Origin: an uncultured bacterium
GTDB lineage: Bacteria > SAR324 > NAC60-12
Length of the DNA stretch: 64,000 nucleotides
NCBI GenBank assembly: GCA_965662235.1
Contig: CBFIGY010000005.1
Span: forward strand, 32,001-96,000
Reading direction: 5' to 3'
The notes beneath the pieces were generated by a model, which saw only the letters and a list, made by a program, of their open reading frames with translations, made no database searches and was not told the DNA's origin. A program made the position numbers and the translations under genes. Of this stretch, positions 20,158 to 29,172 are shown piece by piece. The number at the start of each line of letters is the position of its first letter. Within the stretch, counting starts at the first letter, position 1.

Positions 20158-21150
20158 TTACTTGCAGGCGTAAGAGACACCGTTGGCTTTGTCAATGGTC
20201 CGAATGACCGCCCAGTGCTCTTGGTAGGTGATCGGAATGAACTGACCCTCGTTCGACTTGGAGAACTCTTCTTTCAGCGTGGTCGGAGTGCCGTCTGGGC
20301 GGTCCCACTCAAAGCTGAAGAAGGCCTCACGTACCTTGGCGGCCAAGTCGGGGTCCAGGTTGTAAACGTGACCAAATCCTGTCGTCGGGAACGTCTGGGA
20401 CTTGTAGATCGTGATCACGTCGTCTTCCTCGATCACCTCACGCAGGATCATCCGGGACTTGACGGAGTTTGCAATGGAAGCAGCGTCGTAGTCCTTGTTG
20501 GCCACCCCCAGGATCGAGTTGTCATGCTTTCCGGAGAAGGCAGTGCTAAAATCACGGTCCGGGAGCAGGTCAAATTCCGCCTTGAGGATCGCGGACGGTG
20601 CCTTGAAGCCCGAGTTGGAAGTCGGAGAGGTGAACGCCAGCTGACGTCCCTTCAGGTCCGAGACCTTCTCAATGCCGCTTCCGGGATAGGTGATGATCTC
20701 CATTTCATAGCCAAAGTGCCCATCCAGGCTGGCCATGATCGTGAAGGGCACAAAGCCCGCGCAGTTGACCGCCAGCGGATTCGACCCGGTGTTGAAGCCT
20801 GCGATGTGCAGGCGTCCGGAACGCATCGCCTCGATCTGAGCCGCATTTGACTGCACCGGGAAGAAGATCACCTTCTTGCCCGTCACCGACTCCATGTGTG
20901 TCAGGAAGTCCGACCAAGCGGTCTTGTAAACCGCCGGATCCTCCACAGGCGTGTAGGCGAAGATCAGGGTGTTGGGATTGACCCAGTCTCCCGAATCACT
21001 GGGAGCATCGGCCACCAAGTCGCCATTCTGGTCACAGAAGCGGCTGTCCAGATCCCCTCGCGGACAGTCTTGGGCCATGCCCGTTCCGGCGAAAAGCAAC
21101 GAAGCTGAGGCCAGCAGGAAGGTGCGCAGCCAGGTATTGAGCTTGGTCAT
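20158..21150 (-). CDS. phnD: Phosphate/phosphite/phosphonate ABC substrate-binding protein
   Basis: Signal peptide, AFTSPTSNSG, FSGKHD; GAGGAG RBS before ATG 21150. Confidence 0.9.
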   Translation of the reverse strand: MTKLNTWLRTFLLASASLLFAGTGMAQDCPRGDLDSRFCDQNGDLVADAPSDSGDWVNPNTLIFAYTPVEDPAVYKTAWSDFLTHMESVTGKKVIFFPVQSNAAQIEAMRSGRLHIAGFNTGSNPLAVNCAGFVPFTIMASLDGHFGYEMEIITYPGSGIEKVSDLKGRQLAFTSPTSNSGFKAPSAILKAEFDLLPDRDFSTAFSGKHDNSILGVANKDYDAASIANSVKSRMILREVIEEDDVITIYKSQTFPTTGFGHVYNLDPDLAAKVREAFFSFEWDRPDGTPTTLKEEFSKSNEGQFIPITYQEHWAVIRTIDKANGVSYACK

Positions 21151-21206
21151 GTTTCTCCTCAAGTTGATAAAATTGAGCCTCCGTTCTGGAGGCAAGAAGG
21201 GTAATA

Positions 21207-21231
21207 AAATGTGATTTTAAAAATCTCGTTT
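21207..21231. promoter_or_regulatory. Imperfect palindrome upstream of phnD (putative operator)
   Basis: AAATGTGATTTT-A-AAAATCTCGTTT, 10/12 symmetric, in an AT-rich divergent promoter region. Confidence 0.45.
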
Positions 21232-21401
21232 CAAGACATATCTTTCAAAAAAGGAAAACGCTCCCCGCTTTTTCACGCAGCCAACGCCTCTGTTCAGCGC
21301 TCCGTTGGGCAGAACGACTCATCTGCCCCGTGAACCGCCCTCGGGTTTTTAAGCTGGCCCGGGGCAACCGATTTTTGACCACCCCAACCGCATGGACCGC
21401 C

Positions 21402-22181
21402 ATGAATGATCCCGCCCCCTCCCCGCTGAAGCCTTCCCTGTTTGCTCCAGACGAGGTGCCGACCTCTGGACTCCAAGCCGCTGTGATCGGCGCCTCCGGA
21501 GCCATTGGGCAGGCCTGGATTCAGCAGCTGATCCAGGATGAGCAGATCTCCACCATCTGGGCCGGCTCCCGTAGCGGCGCTGCTCCCGTTCACCCAAAGG
21601 TCCGGGCCCTTAAGCTCGACCTCACCGACGAGGCAAGCATCGCCGAGGCAGCAACGCAGATCGAAGGCCCTCTCCACTGCGTGATCATCACAACGGGAAT
21701 CCTGCATCAGGATCCAAACGTGCAGCCTGAGCGGAGCCTTAAGGAGGTGGATCCGCACGCACTGGAGCAGGTGTTCCGGATCAACACCATTGGCCCCTTG
21801 CTCATTCTGAAGCACCTAGTGCCGCTCATGCCCCGTCAGGGACGCAGCTTGATCGCGGCACTGTCGGCACGCATCGGCAGCATCTCCGACAACCGTTTGG
21901 GCGGCTGGTACGCTTATCGGGCTTCCAAAGCGGCCCTGAACATGCTGATCCGGACCGCTTCCATTGAGCTCCGGAGACGTTCCAAGCAAGCCGTTGTGGT
22001 CGGCCTCCACCCTGGAACTGTGGACAGTTCGCTCTCTCAACCGTTCCAGGCGATGATTCCCCCAAACACCCTCTTCACTCCCACGTTTTCCGCAGCCCAG
22101 CAGTACCAGGTCCTTGCCGGCCTCACTCCGGACGACAGCGGTCACTGCTTTGCCTGGGATGGCCAGCGGATTGAGCCCTGA
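21402..22181 (+). CDS. SDR oxidoreductase, CsgA/C-factor-like subfamily
   Basis: GASGAIG, SARIGSISDNRLGGWYAYRASKAALNM, LHPGTVDS. Confidence 0.9.
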   Translation: MNDPAPSPLKPSLFAPDEVPTSGLQAAVIGASGAIGQAWIQQLIQDEQISTIWAGSRSGAAPVHPKVRALKLDLTDEASIAEAATQIEGPLHCVIITTGILHQDPNVQPERSLKEVDPHALEQVFRINTIGPLLILKHLVPLMPRQGRSLIAALSARIGSISDNRLGGWYAYRASKAALNMLIRTASIELRRRSKQAVVVGLHPGTVDSSLSQPFQAMIPPNTLFTPTFSAAQQYQVLAGLTPDDSGHCFAWDGQRIEP

Positions 22182-22289
22182 ACCCTGCTGATTTTTTCCG
22201 AACCAGAAGCCTGAGGGTCCACTTGGGCGTCTGGCCAACTCGGAATTGTTTCATTCCAAATAAAAGCAACTATTGTTACAAAAGTCTGG

Positions 22290-22318
22290 TTGAGTTTGTG
22301 TAAACTCATTGCTAAATT
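22290..22318 (+). promoter_or_regulatory. Sigma70-type promoter with overlapping palindromic operator
   Basis: TTGAGT-N17-TAAATT with extended TGn; perfect inverted repeat TGAGTTT-N4-AAACTCA at 22291-22308. Confidence 0.6.
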
Positions 22319-22396
22319 GATTTAGTAACAGGGGCACAAAGGAGTTTTGAGCCCCCCTTCCCGAAGGATTCGGGTCATTCAAACTGAGATCGAGCC

Positions 22397-22549
22397 ATGA
22401 CAAAAGTCTGGAATTGGTTGTCCCCCAACCGCACGACCGAGCAAGCGATGAAGAACTACTTCCGCAACGAGTACCGCAACTCTTATGATGCTCAAGCGGC
22501 CTACCTCGCCTGGAAGCAGGGTCAAGAAGCGCTGCAGGGTCAACATTGA
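22397..22549 (+). CDS. Small protein of unknown function (50 aa)
   Basis: Not in ORF track. MTKVWNWLSPNRTTEQAMKNYFRNEYRNSYDAQAAYLAWKQGQEALQGQH*; host-like codons, fills the intergenic gap, promoter upstream. Confidence 0.65.
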   Translation: MTKVWNWLSPNRTTEQAMKNYFRNEYRNSYDAQAAYLAWKQGQEALQGQH

Positions 22550-22736
22550 CCGCTCCCACCTCCGGAAGGCTCGCCTCTGTGCTCCCTTCCGGAGCCTCCC
22601 TCCTGATGCTTCCTCCTGAAGCTCCTGCGTTTTTTCATTGACACCCCCCCGAAAATCCTGAAATCTTGGAGGCGCTTCCCGTATTTCCCGGCGGCGTGAC
22701 CGCCCGTTTGTCCTCTGAGATTTGGAGTTTTCGACC

Positions 22737-23762
22737 ATGATGCGCTCAGCACCGTTCAAATGGCCCCACTGGATCCTAGGGATTCTGCTGCTCCTGGGAC
22801 TTCCCTCCCTCTCCTGGGCTCAATCCGGCAGTTCGGATGAGTTCATTCAAGGAGGCGTGGGTTCCGCCTTTGAGAACCCGTACTGGTTCAAGGACAGCTT
22901 CCTGATTGTCGATGAAGATGTGGCCGAAGCTGTGGAGTCCGACAAGCAGCTGATGCTCTACTTCTGGCAGGAAGGCTGCCCCTACTGCATGGCCATGGCT
23001 CAGAAGAATCTGTCCGCGCCAGACATTCGGGACTTTGTGCAGGAGCACTTTGACGTGGTTTCCTTCAACCTCCGGGGAGACCGTGAAGTGACGCTTCCGG
23101 ACGGAAGCACCATGAGCGAGAAGGACTTTGCAATCCACCTCAAGGTTCAGTACACCCCAACCATCCTCATCTTAGACACGCCGGATCTGCAGAACCCGAA
23201 GGTACGGGTGAACGGGTATCGCCCGCCCAAGCCCTTTTTGCGTCTGCTGGCTCAGGCGGCAGGAGTCTCGGAGGACGCGCTGGCAGAGTACCGTCGCCCG
23301 GAAGGAGAACTCTACCCTCAGCCGTTTTTTGAAGACACCACCGAATTGAATCAGCTGGTTGGGGAGCAGCCCCTTGCCGTCTTCCTAGAGACCCCGAGTT
23401 GTGAGGACTGCCTGCGCATGCAGCAGGGGGCGTTCAGTCAAAAAGGGACTCATGAGTTTCTGAAAAACTACCACACCGTCCGCTACAATGCCCTCTCCGA
23501 TCAGGCCATCACGCTTCCTGACGGACAAAAAACAACTGTCCGAAAATGGGTTGACACCTTAGACCTCAACTACTTCCCCACCATCCTCCTCTACGCGCAG
23601 GGGGAACGGAAAGAGACCTTCCGCATGGACAGCTACCTCCGCGGATTTCACGTCCAAACGGCCCTAGAGTACGTCCTCAACAAGGCCTACACCACCCAAC
23701 CGGAATTCCAGCGTTACATTGATGAACGCTCGGCCCGGCTCCGGGAAGCCTCCGGACAATAA
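22737..23762 (+). CDS. Periplasmic double thioredoxin-fold protein, SoxW-like
   Basis: Signal peptide; WFKDSFL..EDVAEA, CPYC and CEDC motifs, YTPT/YFPT cis-Pro loops. Confidence 0.8.
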   Translation: MMRSAPFKWPHWILGILLLLGLPSLSWAQSGSSDEFIQGGVGSAFENPYWFKDSFLIVDEDVAEAVESDKQLMLYFWQEGCPYCMAMAQKNLSAPDIRDFVQEHFDVVSFNLRGDREVTLPDGSTMSEKDFAIHLKVQYTPTILILDTPDLQNPKVRVNGYRPPKPFLRLLAQAAGVSEDALAEYRRPEGELYPQPFFEDTTELNQLVGEQPLAVFLETPSCEDCLRMQQGAFSQKGTHEFLKNYHTVRYNALSDQAITLPDGQKTTVRKWVDTLDLNYFPTILLYAQGERKETFRMDSYLRGFHVQTALEYVLNKAYTTQPEFQRYIDERSARLREASGQ

Positions 23763-23960
23763 TTCGGCTTCAATGAGGGGGGCACCAGCCCCCTCACCGG
23801 CCTGCAGCCCTCCAGCGTCTCCCCACTTCATCCCCCTCAAATCCGTTCAAGTTTTCTGACGATCTGCCGATACTCAAAGGGCATGGACGCATCAAAACGA
23901 ACTGGATTCCAGTCGGAACTCTGTGGAGTTCCTTCTTTTTTTGAAAACAAGGAGATGCTT

Positions 23961-24587
23961 ATGAAATCAAAAAGCCTCAAGGCCTTGGTCGCTTTGGGGG
24001 CTGCCACCTTCTTTGCCAGCAACGCTTGGGCGGTGGATAGCTCACGCCTGCGCTTCCTGCTTGGCTCTGGTAGCGTTAGTGAATACAACCAGACTGATAG
24101 TAACGGTGCAACCACTGACTGGATGGAAGTTTCCAACTACGACGTCACTTCAAGTGGAGGAGAGCTTTCCTTTGTCTTTAGTAACGGTCTTGGTATTGGT
24201 GTCAGTTCGGGAACCGCTACCGCGAGCAATGGTGCCGCTTTGGCAACGGAGTATGCCATTTCAGGAGGAGGTTTTGAGTTGTCTTACACCTTCGGGGAAG
24301 ACATCAATTTGACTCTGGGGACCAAGGTGTTTGGTGATGCGACCCTGACTACTTACCAGGTTAATGGTGTCGACCAAACTAGCTTGTACGAGTCCACCTC
24401 CAAGCGGAACCAGTCTTACTTTGTCAACCTAGGTTTTGCCGTTGGTGAAAACTGGGAGCTGCTAGTGGGACAGCGGAATTTCGATGTTGAGGTCGATGTA
24501 AAACAAGCCGTCTCTGGAGCTCTCGTTGCCACCTACGATGCGAAGTTCACCGTGACTTCCATCGGAGCCGGCTACCGGTTCAAGTAA
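23961..24587 (+). CDS. Small outer-membrane beta-barrel protein
   Basis: Signal peptide (..NAWA), alternating beta-strand pattern, C-terminal GAGYRFK; AAGGAG RBS. Confidence 0.7.
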   Translation: MKSKSLKALVALGAATFFASNAWAVDSSRLRFLLGSGSVSEYNQTDSNGATTDWMEVSNYDVTSSGGELSFVFSNGLGIGVSSGTATASNGAALATEYAISGGGFELSYTFGEDINLTLGTKVFGDATLTTYQVNGVDQTSLYESTSKRNQSYFVNLGFAVGENWELLVGQRNFDVEVDVKQAVSGALVATYDAKFTVTSIGAGYRFK

Positions 24588-24642
24588 GCGCTCCCTCAAG
24601 CAACTGAAGGGTTCCCCCGTAGGCACAGACGGGCGGAGCTCT

Positions 24643-25308
24643 TCAGTTTGTCCCTCCTTCGTTGATCTCTTCCGCTTCCAGCACTTCTGTTTCCTCCCGC
24701 GCTGCAGCCACCCATTCCTGCAGAGCCGGATGCCCCAACACTGTTTCCATGTACTTCCGCCCCGTCGCTTCTACCGAAACGCCATAGGACTGAAAGCGAG
24801 ACACTACGGGAGCATACATCGCATCGGCCATGCTGAAGGCTCCGAACAGCCAGGGTCCTGACGCCCCAAAGGTGTCCCGGCAGTCTTGCCAGATCTGCTG
24901 AATCCGAACGCTGTCTCGGTGCGCCGCCTCCGTGGGGGTAAATTGGGGGAATTCACGCCGACAGTTCATCGGCAGCTCGTTCCGGAGGGCCGCGAAACCG
25001 CTGTGCATTTCGGCGCAGACCGATCGGCACCGGGCCCGGGCCTCCGGAGCTTCTGGCAGACCCGGCAGGTTCAGTTGTTCGTTGCTGTACTCCAAGATGG
25101 CCAGCGATTCCCAGATCGTCCGCCCTTCATGCAGTAGCACCGGCACCTTCCCAGCGGCGCTGTACTGACGGATGCGAGACGCCGTTTCAGGCTCATCAAG
25201 CGGAATCCGGACCTCGGTGAACGGCACCTCAAAGTGCCGCAGAAACAGCCAGGGCCGCAGGGACCAGGAAGAGTAGTTTTTGTTTCCAATGACCAAAATG
25301 GTAGACAC
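24643..25308 (-). CDS. Glutathione S-transferase family protein
   Basis: IGNKNYSSWSLRPW, GKVPVL, WESLAI, AEMHSGF, ADAMYAP; GTG start behind AAGGAG. Confidence 0.92.
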   Translation of the reverse strand: MSTILVIGNKNYSSWSLRPWLFLRHFEVPFTEVRIPLDEPETASRIRQYSAAGKVPVLLHEGRTIWESLAILEYSNEQLNLPGLPEAPEARARCRSVCAEMHSGFAALRNELPMNCRREFPQFTPTEAAHRDSVRIQQIWQDCRDTFGASGPWLFGAFSMADAMYAPVVSRFQSYGVSVEATGRKYMETVLGHPALQEWVAAAREETEVLEAEEINEGGTN

Positions 25309-25484
25309 AGGGGGCTCCTTATCGAGAACAGGGCAGAAGCGAGGACGGCTCCTTGAGAAGTCAGGAGGCTTCTGAGGGAAGGGGGCGGTCCCGGAAAAAT
25401 GAGTGTAGGAAAGTCCGGTGGAATGGGGAAGCAAAATGGGGGCTTCTTTTGGGAAAAATATCCGGATTCGCATGGGGGTTCGGC

Positions 25485-25513
25485 TTGACATGACGTGGGT
25501 GAGTCACTAGTGT
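25485..25513 (+). promoter_or_regulatory. Sigma70 promoter of the AraC regulator
   Basis: TTGACA-N17-TAGTGT. Confidence 0.55.
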
Positions 25514-25570
25514 GTCGATCGCCAAGTTTGTGGCATGGGGTCCAAACTTGGGAAGGTCACGGAGGTGTAC

Positions 25571-26533
25571 ATGAATCCACAGCTTCAGCGCATCCAGCAG
25601 ACCCATAAGCCGTTGAAGTTGATCGAGAATCGGACCGTCTTCGGAGGAGAAGACACTGAGTTTTCGGTCTATGATACCTACCAGCGCGCGGAACGCGTCG
25701 CCTTGAGTGCCTCCAATCCGCTGTACTGCGGCATGGTCACGGGGCGCAAGGTGATTCACTTCAAAAGCTATCCCCTTTTTGATTTTCTGCCAGGGGAGTC
25801 CCTGGTGGTGCCCCCGGATGAGGAGATCCACATCGACTTTCCGGAGGCGGAGATGGACCAGCCCACCAAGTGCCTGACGGTGGAGATCGACACCCAGAAG
25901 GTGCAGGAGGTGGTGGGCCGGATGAATGAGCGCATGCCCCGAGCCGAAGACTCAGGGGAGTGGCGCTACGACCCCGGCAACCAGTACCACTTTCGCAACT
26001 CCGTCCAGATCGAGGGCATTGTTGCCAACCTGGTCACCGTCTTCACCGAAAACCACCCGTTGCGCGACAAGCTCATTGACGTCAAGGTCATGGAGTTGGT
26101 GATCCGGATGCTGCAGTTCGATTCCTTTTCCCGGTGGCTTTGGAACAGTGGACAGCATGCGGCCTGCCACAGCCTCTCGGAGGCGGCAGAGTTCATTAAG
26201 CAGAACCTGCACCGGTCCATCTCCATTGAGGAACTGGCCCGGCACGCGGGCATGAGCAAGACCAACCTGTTTCGGTGCTTCAAGAACGAGTTTGGCTTCA
26301 CCCCGGTTCAGTACATCAACCAGCTTCGCATCGACCGCGCCTGTCAGCTGCTGCAGCATCCGGATCACTCGGTGACCGAGGTCTGCTTCATGATGGGATT
26401 CACCTCTGTGAGCTACTTCATCAACCTCTTCAAGAGCATCAAAGGGGTCACGCCGAAACAGTTCCAGGCGCGCCAGCGTCAGGCCCTTCGGCTCCGGAAC
26501 CCCTCACCACTGACAGCAAGCGCCCTTGCCTAG
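25571..26533 (+). CDS. AraC-family transcriptional regulator
   Basis: C-terminal double HTH (ISIEELARHAGMS...GFTSVSYFINLFK..GVTPKQF); GGAGG RBS before ATG 25571. Confidence 0.92.
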   Translation: MNPQLQRIQQTHKPLKLIENRTVFGGEDTEFSVYDTYQRAERVALSASNPLYCGMVTGRKVIHFKSYPLFDFLPGESLVVPPDEEIHIDFPEAEMDQPTKCLTVEIDTQKVQEVVGRMNERMPRAEDSGEWRYDPGNQYHFRNSVQIEGIVANLVTVFTENHPLRDKLIDVKVMELVIRMLQFDSFSRWLWNSGQHAACHSLSEAAEFIKQNLHRSISIEELARHAGMSKTNLFRCFKNEFGFTPVQYINQLRIDRACQLLQHPDHSVTEVCFMMGFTSVSYFINLFKSIKGVTPKQFQARQRQALRLRNPSPLTASALA

Positions 26534-26629
26534 AGTCATGTGGACGGTGCTCCAGGGCGGTACAATACCTCTATTTTTTTGGAGAATGCAGCAAGCATTC
26601 TATCGGGGGGGACGTTAATCTGTTCCCCT

Positions 26630-26771
26630 GTCAAAGTCCCTCCCTTCAGGGACGGATGTTACCTGCAAGCCCGAAGGTTCGGGTTTCCAGGGAGTGGTGA
26701 GGCGCACCGGAGCGACCGGTGCTTGGGGCGTCTCCCAGGGAAACCATAAGGGCACCTTGCCCACTTTTGAC
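26630..26771 (+). promoter_or_regulatory. Putative structured 5' leader of the PQQ-ADH operon
   Basis: Five hairpins enclosed by GTCAAAG/TTTTGAC; three CAGGGA repeats; folded by eye only. Confidence 0.45.
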
Positions 26772-26803
26772 TGACTCACAACCTTTTCACGGGGGCACAA
26801 CCG

Positions 26804-28591
26804 ATGAAAAAACGAAACCTGAGCTACTTCGGCCTGGCCGCAGCAGCACTTCTCGCGTTTCCAGCGGGGCCAGCACTGGCCACAACGGACGCCGAAATCC
26901 TCAACGACCAGAACAGCGTTGAGGACGTCCTGGGCACCGGACTGGGACCCCAAGGCCAGCGCTACAGCCCGCTGACCGACATCAACAAGGACAACGTCCA
27001 AAACCTGCTCCCCGCCTGGGCCTTTTCCTTTGGGGGAGAGAAGCAGCGCGGACAGGAGACGCAGCCGCTCATTGAGGACGGTGTGATGTACGTCACCGCG
27101 TCCTACTCTCGTCTGTTTGCGGTGGACGCACGGACGGGTGAGGAGCTGTGGCAGTATGAGGCCCGCCTCCCGGACGGCATCATGCCCTGCTGTGACGTGG
27201 TCAACCGTGGCGCTGCCCTGAGTGGCGACAAGGTGATCTTCGGCACCCTAGACGCCAAACTCGTGGCGCTGAACAAGAAGAACGGGAAGGTCGTCTGGAG
27301 CAAGAAGCTCGGAGACTACAAGGCTGGCTACTCCTACACGGCAGCGCCGTTGGTGGTGAACAGCATGGTCATCACCGGTGTGTCTGGTGGTGAATTCGGC
27401 ATCGTCGGGAAGGTTGAAGCCCGCGACGTCAACACCGGAGAACTGGTCTGGTCCCGTCCCACCGTTGAGGGACACATGGGCACCCTGAACGGCAAGGACA
27501 ATGGCATTACCGGCGGCAGCGCGGGTAAGACCTGGCCGGGAGAAATGTGGAAGTTCGGCGGCGCGGCCACCTGGCTGGGCGGCACCTACGATCCAGACAC
27601 GGGCCTCGCCTTCTTCGGAACCGGAAACCCGGCTCCGTGGAACGCGTACCTGCGGAAGGGCGACAACCTCTACAGCACCTCCACCCTCGCCATTGACGTC
27701 AACACCGGCGTCATCAAGTGGCACTTCCAGGGCACCCCGAACGACCACTGGGACTACGATGGCGTCAATGAGTTCGTCTCCTTTGACTACATTGACCCCA
27801 AGACCGGTCGCACCATCAAGGCCGGCGCCAAGGCTGACCGAAACGGACACTTCTACGTCCTCAACCGTGAGAACGGCAAGTGCATCCGGGCCCTCCCGTT
27901 TGTGGAAGTGAACTGGACCGAAGGTCTGGACGAAAACTGCCGTCCGCTCCCGAATCAGCTGCGCCCCGGAAATCCGGCTGGCCAGGACAAGGGAGAGCCG
28001 ATTGTGGTCTACCCGTCCTTCCTCGGTGGCAAGAACTGGATGCCGATGGCCTACAGCCAGCGCACCGGTAACTTCTACGTGCCCTCCAACTCCTGGGCGA
28101 TGGACCTCTGGAATGAGCCCGTCACCTACAAAAAAGGCGCTGCCTACCTCGGCGCCGGCTTCACCATCAAGCCGCTGCACGACGATTACATCGGCGCGCT
28201 GAAGGCGATTGATCCCCGCACGGGTGACATCAAGTGGGAGAAGCGCAACACGGCTCCGCTGTGGGGCGGTGTCCTCACCACGGGTGGCGGACTGGTGTTC
28301 TACGGAACCCCGGAAGGCCAGTTCATGGCTGTGGACGATGAGACCGGCGAGACCCTCTGGAAGTTCCAGACCGGTTCCGGCATCGTGGGCTCCCCCGTTA
28401 CCTGGCGCATGGATGGTGAGCAGTACGTCACCGTCGTGTCCGGATGGGGTGGTGCTGTTCCGCTGTGGGGCGGCGAAGTGGCCAAGACCGTCAACTACCT
28501 CAACCAGGGTGGCATGGTCTGGACCTTCAAGCTTCCGAAGCTGAGCACCTACAACAACCGCCAAGACACGTTGCAACTCGGCAGCAACTGA
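26804..28591 (+). CDS. pedH: PQQ-dependent alcohol dehydrogenase, lanthanide-dependent PedH/ExaF type
   Basis: Signal peptide; [12 protein letters not shown], vicinal [22 protein letters not shown] (extra Asp), [20 protein letters not shown]. Confidence 0.9.
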   Translation: MKKRNLSYFGLAAAALLAFPAGPALATTDAEILNDQNSVEDVLGTGLGPQGQRYSPLTDINKDNVQNLLPAWAFSFGGEKQRGQETQPLIEDGVMYVTASYSRLFAVDARTGEELWQYEARLPDGIMPCCDVVNRGAALSGDKVIFGTLDAKLVALNKKNGKVVWSKKLGDYKAGYSYTAAPLVVNSMVITGVSGGEFGIVGKVEARDVNTGELVWSRPTVEGHMGTLNGKDNGITGGSAGKTWPGEMWKFGGAATWLGGTYDPDTGLAFFGTGNPAPWNAYLRKGDNLYSTSTLAIDVNTGVIKWHFQGTPNDHWDYDGVNEFVSFDYIDPKTGRTIKAGAKADRNGHFYVLNRENGKCIRALPFVEVNWTEGLDENCRPLPNQLRPGNPAGQDKGEPIVVYPSFLGGKNWMPMAYSQRTGNFYVPSNSWAMDLWNEPVTYKKGAAYLGAGFTIKPLHDDYIGALKAIDPRTGDIKWEKRNTAPLWGGVLTTGGGLVFYGTPEGQFMAVDDETGETLWKFQTGSGIVGSPVTWRMDGEQYVTVVSGWGGAVPLWGGEVAKTVNYLNQGGMVWTFKLPKLSTYNNRQDTLQLGSN

Positions 28592-28598
28592 GCACCTC

Positions 28599-28620
28599 GG
28601 GAGGAGTTTCGGCTCCTCCC
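28599..28620 (+). terminator. Stem-loop after ADH (stabiliser or partial terminator)
   Basis: GGGAGGAG-TTTCGG-CTCCTCCC; no adjacent U tract. Confidence 0.5.
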
Positions 28621-28752
28621 CCACATTCCCTGGTTTTCTTCCTAGATACCGGAACCTTCGTCTGCCTGGAGATGCGGAAGCTCACATGACCGGTCCAGCC
28701 TCCGCCCTCTCCACGCGGCACAGACTCCAAACCCCCTATTTTTGGAAGCACC

Positions 28753-29172
28753 ATGAAACTCATTGCAAGCACCCTTCTTCTCTTCGTCAGCCTCATCGGC
28801 TGGTCCGGCCTTGCCTTCTCCCACGGAGACGTCACTCCGCAGCTTGTCGACACCACGGGTCTTGACCCCCTGGGAGAAGAGTGGCTGGATGAAAACCCCT
28901 ACCGCGGAAACGCCCGAGCCATTGAGATCGGCGCCTCAGCCTACAACCAGAACTGCGCTCGCTGCCATGGCCTTGAGGCCATCTCCGGAGGCATTGCCCC
29001 CGACCTGCGCATGCTTCCTGTGGGCATGGAAGGCGACGAGTGGTTCCTGATGCGCATCCGCAACGGTGTCGTCCGCAACGGGATGACCTACATGCCCGCG
29101 TTTGAAGAAGTCTTCAGCCAAGAAGCCATGTGGGCCATCCGTAGCTGGCTGGATACGGTTCATGTGGAATAA
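28753..29172 (+). CDS. pedF: Cytochrome c-550 (PedF/ExaB)
   Basis: HGDVTPQ N-terminus, CARCH heme motif, GGIAPDLR, MPAF. Confidence 0.93.
   Translation: MKLIASTLLLFVSLIGWSGLAFSHGDVTPQLVDTTGLDPLGEEWLDENPYRGNARAIEIGASAYNQNCARCHGLEAISGGIAPDLRMLPVGMEGDEWFLMRIRNGVVRNGMTYMPAFEEVFSQEAMWAIRSWLDTVHVE

Noticed and set aside
26694..26747. Hammerhead-like three-way junction with GAAAC
   Set aside because: No CUGANGA core
26534..28752. PqqA precursor peptide in the ADH-flanking intergenic regions
   Set aside because: No short ORF with an ExxxY core was found
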